64,000 nt of DNA from an uncultured Chloroflexia bacterium (GCA_963833225.1 CAWHXD010000019.1:307534-371533), one strand, 5' to 3'; shown: positions 21,581 through 30,318, counted from the stretch's first letter. Notes: generated from the letters alone by a model not told the origin. Made by a program: numbers and translations.

Positions 21581-23252
21581 GTGTCCGAGCGACCGTCCGG
21601 GGACTTGCGCGTGCCCGCGAGACTTGACGGGATGCCCCACGTGATCCATGGGAGTGAGCGACGCCCGCTCGTTCCCGGACGCCTGCTGTACGACGAGGCC
21701 GACCAGCTTTCGGTTGTCGTCCCGGCCTCGTGCCAGCGCACGGGGCGCTGCCACGAGTGCGTGGTGGAGATCCGCACGGGGATGGACCAGCTCTCGGCGC
21801 GCACCGCCGAGGAGTCGTTCCTGGGGCCCGCGTTCCGGCTCGCCTGCCAGGCCACGATCGAGCGGGCCGATCGCGACGTCGAGTTTGCGATCCTCCGCCG
21901 CCGGTTGCGGATCCTGCTGGCGCCCGAGTCACCCGGCGAGACCCCCGACCTCGACCCGGCCGTCACGATCATCGAGGGGCGCTATCGCGGACATGATGGC
22001 GCCGACCTGGGTGTGGCGCGCGGGCGGCCGATCGGTCTCGCGATCGACATCGGGACGACGACCGTGGTCCTCGAGCTGGTGAGCCTCGAGACCGGTGGCG
22101 TGCTCGCGGTCGCCGCGCTCGAGAACCCCCAGCGGTTCGGCGGCTCGGACGTGATGACCCGCATCTCGTACGACGGCGAGGTGCCCGGCGAGCTGCGCCA
22201 GGCGCTCCGGCGCGCGCTCAACCACGAGCTCAAGCGCCTGTGCGCCGACCTCGGCCTCGACCGTCGCCAGCTGGTGGACGCCTACGTCGTGGGCAACCCC
22301 ACGATGCGCGACCTGTTCTTCGGGCTTGACGTCAAGCCGATCGGCCACATCCCGTTCCGCTCCGTGACCGAGACGGCGCTCCGGGATGGCGAGGCCGAGA
22401 GCACGACGGTCGTGCGCAAGGCCCACGAGATCGGCCTGCTGATGAACCCCCAGGCGCGAGTCACCGGGGGCCCGCTCATCGCCAGCCACGTCGGGGCTGA
22501 CGCCGCGGCGGACCTGGTCGCCGTGGAGGCGGTGGCCCGTGGCGGCTCGTTCCTGCTGGTCGACATCGGGACCAACAGCGAGATCATCGTCTCTGACGGC
22601 GAGCGGCTGGTCGCCGCGTCCAGCCCGGCCGGCCCCGCGTTCGAGGGCGGCGGGGTCCGTTACGGCATGCCCGGTGCGGACGGCGCCATCGAGAAGATCA
22701 GCCTCGCGGGTGACCGGTTCCGGATCCGGACCATCGGGGACGCGCCGCCGGAGGGCATCTGCGGCTCGGGGCTGGTGGACCTCCTCTCGGAGCTCCGCCG
22801 GGCGGAGTGGATGACGACCCGGGGCACGTTCGCGGACAAGGTCCCGGAGCTCGTGATTGAGCCGACCCATCCCATCACCTTCTCGCGCGCGGATGTCGGC
22901 CACCTCTCGATCGCCAAGGCGGCGACGGCCGTCGGTCAGCGGGTGCTGCTCCGGCGTCTCGGCCTGCGCCCGGCGGACCTCGATCACGTGTACCTCGCCG
23001 GCGGCTTCGCGAACGCGATCGACACCGCGTCCGCGTTCGCCATCGGGTTGCTGGTCCCCGTCCCCGAGGAGCGCGTCACCCGGGCCGGCAACGCGTCCAT
23101 CGGCGGCGCGCGGGCTGCTCCTCCTGTCTCTCGAGCGGCGCGCCGAGCTCAACGATCTCGTCCGGCGCATCGAGCACGTTGAGCTCGAGTCTGAGCCAGA
23201 CTTCTTCGACCTGTTCACCGATGGCTGTCTGTTCGAGCCGATCCCCGCATAG
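21581..23252 (+). pseudogene. RamA/RACo-type ATP-dependent reductive activase of corrinoid proteins ([2Fe-2S] ferredoxin domain + ASKHA/DUF4445), with a +1 frameshift near the 3' end as sequenced
   Basis: ORF 21581..23182 has CQRTGRCHEC...LACQA (C-x5-C-x2-C...C) and GLAIDIGTTTVVLELV. After ...RAGNASIGGAR the conserved tail GLLLLSLERRAELNDLVRRIEHVELESEPDFFDLFTDGCLFEPIPA continues in the frame of ORF 22857..23252. The total length minus 1 nt is divisible by 3. Confidence 0.8.
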
Positions 23253-23264
23253 AGGTCTTCGCCC

Positions 23265-24989
23265 ATGAGTCCCAGTGCCCGCCGCGCCAACACCCCGCCC
23301 GATGACCTGACCGGCCCCGGCGCCCTCAAGCGGGTGCTCTCCTCGAGCGACGGCTTCGCCACGATCGTGGAGCTGGTGCCCTGGGCGGGGCAGCTCGCGG
23401 ACGCCCGGGGGACGAAGCCGCTCAAGATGGCAGCCGACCTGGCGGGCAACACGCGGATCACGGCGCTGTCCATCACCGATAACGCCGGCGGTCACGCCAA
23501 GCTGTCGCCCGACGCGCTCGGCGAGCGGGCGCGGGCCCAGGGCCACGACGCGATCGTCCACATCGCCTGCCGTGACCGGAACCGGAGCGCGATGCAGAGC
23601 CTGGGCTGGCAGCTGCTCTCGCGTGGCCTGACCACCGTCCTCGCGCTCACCGGCGACTACCCGGTGGACGGCTACGAGGGCCTGCCGCGACCGGTGTTCG
23701 ACATCGACTCCGTCTCGCTGATCGACCTGCTGCGCCACCTGTCCGCGGACGCGGTGGCAAAGGCCGAGGCGGACGGTGACGAGGATCCGGGCCGATTCGA
23801 GTTCTTCACGGGCTGCGCGATCGACCCCTTCAAGCGCCTCGAGCGCGATCTCGTGCCGCAGTTCCTCAAGCTCGCGCTCAAGCAGCGGGCGGGGGCGGAC
23901 TACGCGATCACGCAGGTGGGCTACGACGCCCATCGCTCCGACGTCCTGCTGCGCTGGATGCGGCGCGAGGGGATGGACATGCCCGTCGTGGGCAACGCCT
24001 ACATCCTGTCCGCCGGGGTTGCCCGGGCGTTCAACGCCGGCAAGGTGCCGGGCTGCGTGGTCACCGACGACCTGCTCGCGGTCGCCGAGAAGGCCGCCAC
24101 CGGTGCCGACAAGGGCCGCGCGTTCTTCCTCGAGCTTGCCGCCAAGCAGCTGGTGGTCGCCCGCGGAATCGGCATGCGGGGCATCTACATCTCCGGACAC
24201 CGTGACGCAGGCGAGATCGCGAAGGTCCTCGACCTGGCCGACGCCCACCCGGCCGATGACTGGCGGTCGCTGGTCAAGGACGTGTCGTTTGGCCTGCCCG
24301 GCGCCTTCGAGCCATTCGAGAGCGATGGCGCGGGCCTGTCCACGGACGAGTACAGCCGCGCCTACGCCGCGTCGCTCACGCCTGCGGCCCGCGCCCGCGC
24401 CCGCGCGACCGTGCCCCCGGTCTACAAGCTCAACCGGCTGCTCCACGAGCGAGCGTTCGAGCCCGGCTCACCCGGGTTCGCCCTGTGGGGCAAGGTCTAC
24501 CGGAAGGTCGAGGCGTTCCACCTCGACAAGCCCGTCCATGTCCTCGAGCAGGCGGTCAAGGTCCCGATGTTCGACTGCCGGGACTGCGGCGACTGCTCGT
24601 TGCCTGACATCGCGTACCTGTGCCCCGAGAGCCACTGCCAGAAGAACCAGCGCAACGGCCCGTGCGGCGGCGCCCACGATGGCCAGTGCGAGGTGCCGGG
24701 ACACACGTGCGTCTGGGCCGACGCCTACAAGCGCCTCAAGCCCTACGGCGAGGAGCGCACGATGCTCGAGCGACCGATCGTGGTCCAGGACAACACCCTG
24801 CATCGGACCAGCGCTTGGGGCAACACCTTCCTGGGGCGTGACCACTTCGCGAGGCGTGTCGGGGCTCCGCAGACCCCGCCCTTGCAGGCGCCTGCCGCTC
24901 CGGCGACACCCGCGACCAGTCCCGCCACCCCCACCACGCCCGCCACGCCTGCCACTCCGACCGTGCCCGAGAAAGGACCCCGCTCGTGA
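23265..24989 (+). CDS. metF: Methylenetetrahydrofolate reductase fused to a MetV-like Cys-rich C-terminal domain, with a Pro/Thr/Ala tail
   Basis: ORF track 574 aa. MTHFR TIM-barrel part (ITALSITDNAGG, HIACRDRN, LALTGDYP). Then FDCRDCGDCSLPDIAYLCPESHCQKNQRNGPCGG (MTHFR C-terminal/MetV zinc-ribbon-like) and the tail PAAPATPATSPATPTTPATPATPT. Confidence 0.8.
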   Translation: MSPSARRANTPPDDLTGPGALKRVLSSSDGFATIVELVPWAGQLADARGTKPLKMAADLAGNTRITALSITDNAGGHAKLSPDALGERARAQGHDAIVHIACRDRNRSAMQSLGWQLLSRGLTTVLALTGDYPVDGYEGLPRPVFDIDSVSLIDLLRHLSADAVAKAEADGDEDPGRFEFFTGCAIDPFKRLERDLVPQFLKLALKQRAGADYAITQVGYDAHRSDVLLRWMRREGMDMPVVGNAYILSAGVARAFNAGKVPGCVVTDDLLAVAEKAATGADKGRAFFLELAAKQLVVARGIGMRGIYISGHRDAGEIAKVLDLADAHPADDWRSLVKDVSFGLPGAFEPFESDGAGLSTDEYSRAYAASLTPAARARARATVPPVYKLNRLLHERAFEPGSPGFALWGKVYRKVEAFHLDKPVHVLEQAVKVPMFDCRDCGDCSLPDIAYLCPESHCQKNQRNGPCGGAHDGQCEVPGHTCVWADAYKRLKPYGEERTMLERPIVVQDNTLHRTSAWGNTFLGRDHFARRVGAPQTPPLQAPAAPATPATSPATPTTPATPATPTVPEKGPRS

Positions 24990-26026
24990 AGCTCGACCGC
25001 ACCGGCAACCCGTTCCAGATCGTCGGCGAGAACATCCACGCCACCCGGGTTCTGAAGCGGGCCGGCAAGCATGCGGCCGAGCTCGAGGACGGTTCGGTCG
25101 GGATCGCCTTCGAGACGCCCGATGGCGAGCGACTCGTGCTGCCGGTTCACCCGGACCTCGCGGCGGCCCGTGACTTCGCGAACGGCAAGATCAAGCATGT
25201 GCAGAGCGCCGTCAGGCACGGGCTCGATGCCGGGGCGTGGGCGGACGTGGCCGCGGCGTATGTCCGGACGCTCGCCCATCGCCAGGAGGTCACCGGCGCC
25301 GACTGGCTGGACCTCAACGTCGACGAGGTGTCCGCCGACTCCGCGTTCCGTGCCGAGGCCATTGCCTGGCTGGTGGAGACCGTCGAGCAGACCGCCACCG
25401 TCCCCGTGTCGATCGACTCCTCCGATGTCGCCGTGCTCGCCGCCGGGGTCGCCGCTTCCACCCAGCCGCGTGGCCGGCTGATGCTCAACTCGGCCTCCAT
25501 CGAGCGGCCCGAGGTGCTCGACATCGCCGCCGAGACCGCCTGCGCCGTGATTCTTGCGGCCAGCAGCCTCGGTGGCATGCCGGCCAACGCGGAGGAGCGC
25601 GTCGCGAACGCCGTCGGGCTGGTCGAGCTGGCTCTGGCGAAGGCGATTCCCGGCGAGCTCCTCTACGTCGACCCGCTCGTGCTGCCGGTGGCGGTCGCAC
25701 CCGAGGCTCCGGTCTACGTGATCGAGTCCGCGAGGGCCCTGCGGGCCGAGTACGGGGACACGATCCACATGACGGGTGGGCTGTCCAACGTGTCGTTCGG
25801 GATGCCGGCCCGAAAGCTCCTCAACGACACGTTCATCGACCTGTGCGCCGAGGCCGGCATCGACAGCGGGATCATCGACCCGGTGGCGAGCGACCTGCCC
25901 CGCGTGTTCGCCGCGGATCGCGAGAGCGAGCCCTACAGGCTGGCGGCGAACATGCTGCTCGGGCACGACCCGTTTGGCGGCGAGTACGTCGCCGCGTTCC
26001 GGGATGGGCGGCTCGGAGGGGAGTAG
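24986..26026 (+). CDS. Pterin-binding methyltransferase (MtrH/AcsE/MtgA-like methylcorrinoid:tetrahydrofolate methyltransferase)
   Basis: ORF track 346 aa. GTG start overlaps the metF stop (GTGA at 24986-24989). Contains IVGENIHATR, WLDLNVDE, PVSIDSS, YVDPLVLPV and GGLSNVSFGMP, typical of the dihydropteroate-synthase-like pterin-binding barrel. Confidence 0.8.
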   Translation: MKLDRTGNPFQIVGENIHATRVLKRAGKHAAELEDGSVGIAFETPDGERLVLPVHPDLAAARDFANGKIKHVQSAVRHGLDAGAWADVAAAYVRTLAHRQEVTGADWLDLNVDEVSADSAFRAEAIAWLVETVEQTATVPVSIDSSDVAVLAAGVAASTQPRGRLMLNSASIERPEVLDIAAETACAVILAASSLGGMPANAEERVANAVGLVELALAKAIPGELLYVDPLVLPVAVAPEAPVYVIESARALRAEYGDTIHMTGGLSNVSFGMPARKLLNDTFIDLCAEAGIDSGIIDPVASDLPRVFAADRESEPYRLAANMLLGHDPFGGEYVAAFRDGRLGGE

Positions 26027-26138
26027 GAGCGTCGGGGGTGGCGGGGGACCGCGACAGCGGGTCGGTGGCGCGCCTCCGGGCCCCGCCCCCGTGTGACCGC
26101 GGTCGCCATCGCCGGGGCACGCAGCGGTTGCTGCCGGG

Positions 26139-26285
26139 ACGCCGCGCCCCCGTGCAGCCGGCCCCGCCCCCGTCAGCCGGCCCCGCCCCGTGCAGCCGGC
26201 CCCGCCCCGTCGCAGCCGGCCCCGCCCCCGTCAGCCGGCCCCGCCCCGTGCAGCCGGCGCCGCCCCGTGCAGCCGGCCCCCGGCA
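26139..26285. repeat. Intergenic tandem repeat, about seven copies of an imperfect 19-20 bp unit (GCCCCGCCCC(C)GT(G/C)CAGCCG)
   Basis: Read directly: ...gcgcccccgtgcagccg gccccgcccccgtcagccg gccccgccccgtgcagccg gccccgccccgtcgcagccg gccccgcccccgtcagccg gccccgccccgtgcagccg gcgccgccccgtgcagccg... Lies between convergent genes. Confidence 0.9.
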
Positions 26286-26629
26286 GGAGCCCTGGCCCGC
26301 GCGGCCTGTCCCGCCAGGCGCCATTGCGCCGGATATCAGCCCCCGGTGATCCAGCAACGGGTGCCGGTCCCCCGCCGGGCCTAACATCAGCCCTGACCGG
26401 CATCCGGGGCCGAATCGCATGGTCTGATCGTTGCTGTACCGGTCCTGGGTGATATCCGGTGCAGTGACCCGCCCGGTGCCCTCGGGCCAGCGCGAGATCG
26501 CCGACTCGGAAGCTGGGGCGGCGGCAGGCGGCGAGGTCGTGGCCAAGGAACGGCCGTGAGGCCGTGGCCAGGGACTGGCCACGAGGGACTGGGCGGCCGC
26601 CTGGCCCGGTGCCCTCAAGCCAGCGCCCG

Positions 26630-27373
26630 TCAGCCCGCCGGGACCGCCTTCACGACGCCGTCGTCCCAGCTCATCACGAGCTGCTCCCCCGGCTGGAGGA
26701 CGAGCATGTCCTCGCCCCAGTCGCCGTCGATCAGCTGTCGGAGCAGCACGAGGCTGCCCTCGACATGCTCGAACGCCCAGCCACGCCGCTCGGCCTCGTC
26801 GCGCGCGTCGGTCTCGGCGGCCGTCTCGTCGGCGACGCCCATGGACACGAATGCGGCCCGCCCGTAGTGGGACCGCCAGCCGCCCAGGATCTCCATCAGG
26901 TAGTCGGCGTTGTCCTCGCCGTACTTGGCCACGTACTCGGCCCGGGTCTCCTCGATCTGGGCGTCCGTGTCGGATCCGATCGCCAGCCCGCCCACGCTGG
27001 CCCGGTATCCGTCGTTGCGCTCCAGCTGATCCGCGACGTACCAGTAGGTCGCGACCTTCGCGTGCTCCTCGGCATAGCGCTCGCGCGCCCCCAGGAACAG
27101 CGTGATGCAGTCGTGCGCCCGCGGCACGACGACAGGCTTGTCCCGGGCCACGATCCCCGCCGTGGCGCCACCGCACAGCCCGTAGCCCAGCACGATCGCG
27201 TCCGCGTTGGCGGGGGCATCGTCGATCGCCTCCTGGAGCCGTTCCCGCAGCGTCTTCGGCTCGTCGTGCAGGCCGCGTTCGAACATGCGCAGGTCGACGA
27301 CATGCGGGGAGCGGGCGGCGCACAGGTAGACCGGGCGCGCGAGGACGTCGCACGCGATGGCGTACAGGCGCAT
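26630..27373 (-). CDS. DUF1638-family protein (uncharacterised, associated with corrinoid methyltransferase loci)
   Basis: ORF track 247 aa. LGYGLCGGATAGI and PRAHDCITLFLG resemble the conserved Cys/His blocks I recall for DUF1638. 47 nt downstream of the URO-D-like gene on the same strand. Confidence 0.6.
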   Translation of the reverse strand: MRLYAIACDVLARPVYLCAARSPHVVDLRMFERGLHDEPKTLRERLQEAIDDAPANADAIVLGYGLCGGATAGIVARDKPVVVPRAHDCITLFLGARERYAEEHAKVATYWYVADQLERNDGYRASVGGLAIGSDTDAQIEETRAEYVAKYGEDNADYLMEILGGWRSHYGRAAFVSMGVADETAAETDARDEAERRGWAFEHVEGSLVLLRQLIDGDWGEDMLVLQPGEQLVMSWDDGVVKAVPAG

Positions 27374-27420
27374 CAGGCGGTTCCGCGGCGGGTCATGGCC
27401 GCGATCCTACCGCCGGAGGG

Positions 27421-28584
27421 CTACCCACGGAGCGGGTAGTGCCCGAATGCCTCCACGGCGTCGACCATCGCCAGCACGTTCTCGGCCGGCACGTCGTTCA
27501 TGACCGTGTGGACCGCGCCCAGCATGTAGCCGCCGCCCTCGCCCAGGGTGCCGATCACCCGCCGCACCTCGGCCCGGACCTCGTCCGGCGTCCCGTTGGG
27601 CAGCACATGGTGGGTGTCCATTCCGCCGCAGAACACGAGGTTGTCGCCGAACCGCTTCTTGAGCCCGGCGAAGTCGCTCATGCCACCGGCCGACGCCTGG
27701 ACCGGGTTCAGCACGTCGACGCCGATCTCGATGAAGTCGCCCAGCAGGTCGAAGACGTCGCCATCGGTGTGGAACACGATCGGCGCCGCGGTGCGCTGCC
27801 GGATGAACGCGATGAGGTCGGCGTGGATCGGCTTGAGCATCCGCCGGTACATGGCCGGGGACATCAGCAGCCCCACCTGCGACCCGAGATCGTCGCCGAT
27901 CTTGACCATGTCGATCAGGTCGCCGCACTCGCGCAGGAACCCGTCCATGAGGGTCTTGCACAGCGATTGCGTCTTCCACAGCAGCGCCTGGGCGAACTCG
28001 GGCTCGCCGGCGAGGTTGGCGAGGAAGGTCTCGGTCCCCTGCAGCGAGGTGGCCCGCTCGAGCGGGAAGGCGAGCCATGGGCAGCCGACGGAGGCGAACT
28101 CGCCCTCGTCGCGGATCCGCTGCGCCTCGGCGCGGACACCCTCGAACCGGGTCGGGTCCGTCATGTCGGGCCAGGGATACGCCTCGATGTCCTTGAGCTC
28201 GTACGCCTCGGCGAGGGGATGGATGCCCGGGAACCAGTCCTCGGGACCGGCGTAGATGTGGCCACCGCCCCAGTCGTCGATCATCGGGCTCAGGGGCTCG
28301 CGACTGGCGTTCCGCGCGCGGACGTTGGCCGGGAAGTGGTCAAGGACACCGCGGACGTCGGCGTGGAGCCGCCGGTACGTGGCCTCGTCGGGCTTGGCCG
28401 TCCCGAGCTCCGGCCACTCGTAGATGTACTCGTCCGGCGCGTCCACCCCGATCAGGGCCTTGATCCGCCGGTAGGTGCCCATCTTGATCCCGGTCGCGTT
28501 GGTGGGGCCGAGGAAGATCGGCACCCGGTCGGGCACGTCGTGGGCAAGCGTCGCCTGTACGCGCTCGCGGGGCGTCATGGGCAT
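27421..28584 (-). CDS. Uroporphyrinogen-decarboxylase (URO-D)-fold methyltransferase, MtaA/MtbA-like
   Basis: ORF track 387 aa. Contains RERVQATLAHDVPDRVPIF, KIGDDLGSQVGLLMSPAMYRRMLKP, IVFHTDGDVFDLLGDFIEIGVDVLNPVQ and GGGYMLGAVHTVMNDVPAENVLAM, collinear with the second copy at 54029. Confidence 0.8.
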   Translation of the reverse strand: MPMTPRERVQATLAHDVPDRVPIFLGPTNATGIKMGTYRRIKALIGVDAPDEYIYEWPELGTAKPDEATYRRLHADVRGVLDHFPANVRARNASREPLSPMIDDWGGGHIYAGPEDWFPGIHPLAEAYELKDIEAYPWPDMTDPTRFEGVRAEAQRIRDEGEFASVGCPWLAFPLERATSLQGTETFLANLAGEPEFAQALLWKTQSLCKTLMDGFLRECGDLIDMVKIGDDLGSQVGLLMSPAMYRRMLKPIHADLIAFIRQRTAAPIVFHTDGDVFDLLGDFIEIGVDVLNPVQASAGGMSDFAGLKKRFGDNLVFCGGMDTHHVLPNGTPDEVRAEVRRVIGTLGEGGGYMLGAVHTVMNDVPAENVLAMVDAVEAFGHYPLRG

Positions 28585-28724
28585 CGGGGGCCTCCGGGGG
28601 TCGTCTCGGGATGGGGACGCACCACCCAGCCTACCCGACGCCAGGCTTGCCGGGCCGGTTGACGCCGCCGGTAGCGTGGATTGACAGGCGCCGACTCCGG
28701 GCGTCCATCGGGGAGGTTGAACGG

Positions 28725-29129
28725 ATGGCGGGTAGCGGCACGCGCGAGGATCCCTGGCAGCTGGTCACCGCGAACGGAGGTTCCGCATACCAGATGTGGC
28801 GCGACGAGGCGGCCGATCCGCCGGCGCTCGTGTGCCAGGTCGGCAGCACCCAGCTCCGCTATCACCTCCGGGCGATCGAGGACCTGGCGGCGTGGCTGCG
28901 CGCGCAGGGCGACTGGATCCCCCTCGGCGGCGCCGACGAGCAGAAGCTTGCCGCGGAGGGCACGGTCGAGGCGTGGGGCCGCTCGGAGACCAACCCGGTC
29001 GGCGGCTGGTACGGGTTGCGCAAGGGGTACCGGGGCCGCTTCGGCGCCTACCTGCCGCCGCTGCTGGACGCGCTGGGGCTCGCGGAGCTGGAACACAACC
29101 CGAGGAACAACCGGGTGCGCGCTCGCTGA
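28725..29129 (+). CDS. Hypothetical protein (134 aa)
   Basis: Met at 28725 with GGGAGG 8 nt upstream, in frame with ORF 28611..29129. Non-repetitive, balanced composition (TREDPWQLVTANGGSAYQMWRDE...). Confidence 0.55.
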   Translation: MAGSGTREDPWQLVTANGGSAYQMWRDEAADPPALVCQVGSTQLRYHLRAIEDLAAWLRAQGDWIPLGGADEQKLAAEGTVEAWGRSETNPVGGWYGLRKGYRGRFGAYLPPLLDALGLAELEHNPRNNRVRAR

Positions 29130-29220
29130 CCGCCCTGCCCGTCCGGCGGCACTGTTCGCCCGCTCGGTGCATGCTTGGCCGGTGACGAACCCGAGGAACG
29201 CCCAGCCACGGACCGAGCCC

Positions 29221-30318
29221 GTGCGTGGCGGCAATCGGTTGGCCGAACGCGAGCGGCTCGCGGCCGCGGCACGCACCACGCGCGTGCTCGCGATCGCCGC
29301 CCTCGTCCTCGCGGTCCTCGCCATCGGTCTCGCGGCCGCCCCGATCATCGCCCCCCCGGCGTCGTGCCAGGACCAGGCGTGGAGCGTCTCCCCGTCCGCG
29401 GGCGACCTGCCGACGGGCTGGTCGATCGCGGCGACGCAGTACGACCTGTCGCGCAAGACCATGTCGTTCCTGGGCGCGCCGCCGACCGACGGGGTCACGG
29501 CCCAGGCCCAGGTCATCGCCACCATCACCTGCTTCGAGCAGGGTGCCGCCGATGCCGTGAGCCGATCCCAGCAGGCGTCCAAGGACGCCAACCAAACGGT
29601 CACGGAGCGCAACGACCTCGGTGACCAGGGCTTCAGCGCGGTGGACGTGAGCGGCGCGACCTTCCTGCAGCTGCGGAAGGATCGGATCGTGGTCTACATG
29701 GCGAGCTCCGCGGAGACCTCGTCCACGGAGGTCGACCAGCTCGCCTCGGCGTTTGACAAGGCCCTGGGCGGCGACGGCGGAACCATCGCCCCGGCGACGC
29801 CGCCAGCCAGCATCGATCTCGGGCTCGACTCGTTCGACCCCAGCGAGACGCTGGCGCCGGAGCCGCAGGCCGCGCCGGACCTGGTCGCCTTGCTGCCGAC
29901 GGTGGTCGGCGACCTCAACATGATCGCCGAGTCCGCGACGGGCTCCACGTTCCTCGCCGATGACCAGGGGAGCCGCGCCGTGCTCGCCGCGCTGCGGGCG
30001 GCGGACAAGCAGCCCGATGACCTGCGGCTCGCCCAGGCCTTCGACGAGCTCGGGGAAACGGACCTGTCCGTCCTCGCGGTGACGGTGGACGGCCTGCCGG
30101 TGGAGCAGACGAGGGACCTCGTCCTCGGTGTCTGGCTGGCCGCGACCGGCCCCGGGGTGGTCCACGAGCCCATCGAGCTGGCGGGCCGGTCGTTCACCAG
30201 GGTGGACTATGGCGACGGCGGCCGGATCGACTACGTCCTCACGGAGGGCGCCGTGGTGCTCGTGATCAGCACGGCCGACCCGGCGCTGGCCGAGGCCACG
30301 GCGGCCGCCCTGCCCTGA
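29221..30318 (+). CDS. Membrane-anchored hypothetical protein (single N-terminal TM helix, extracytoplasmic domain)
   Basis: GTG at 29221, in frame with ORF 28681..30318. TM helix VLAIAALVLAVLAIGLAAAPII, followed by an acidic, low-Arg soluble domain. The start is uncertain. Confidence 0.55.
   Translation: MRGGNRLAERERLAAAARTTRVLAIAALVLAVLAIGLAAAPIIAPPASCQDQAWSVSPSAGDLPTGWSIAATQYDLSRKTMSFLGAPPTDGVTAQAQVIATITCFEQGAADAVSRSQQASKDANQTVTERNDLGDQGFSAVDVSGATFLQLRKDRIVVYMASSAETSSTEVDQLASAFDKALGGDGGTIAPATPPASIDLGLDSFDPSETLAPEPQAAPDLVALLPTVVGDLNMIAESATGSTFLADDQGSRAVLAALRAADKQPDDLRLAQAFDELGETDLSVLAVTVDGLPVEQTRDLVLGVWLAATGPGVVHEPIELAGRSFTRVDYGDGGRIDYVLTEGAVVLVISTADPALAEATAAALP

Noticed and set aside
26139-26285. 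Possible CRISPR array (regularly repeated ~20-bp unit)
   Set aside because: The units are directly adjacent with no unique spacers, are shorter than typical CRISPR repeats, and no cas genes are present. I treat it as a tandem repeat.
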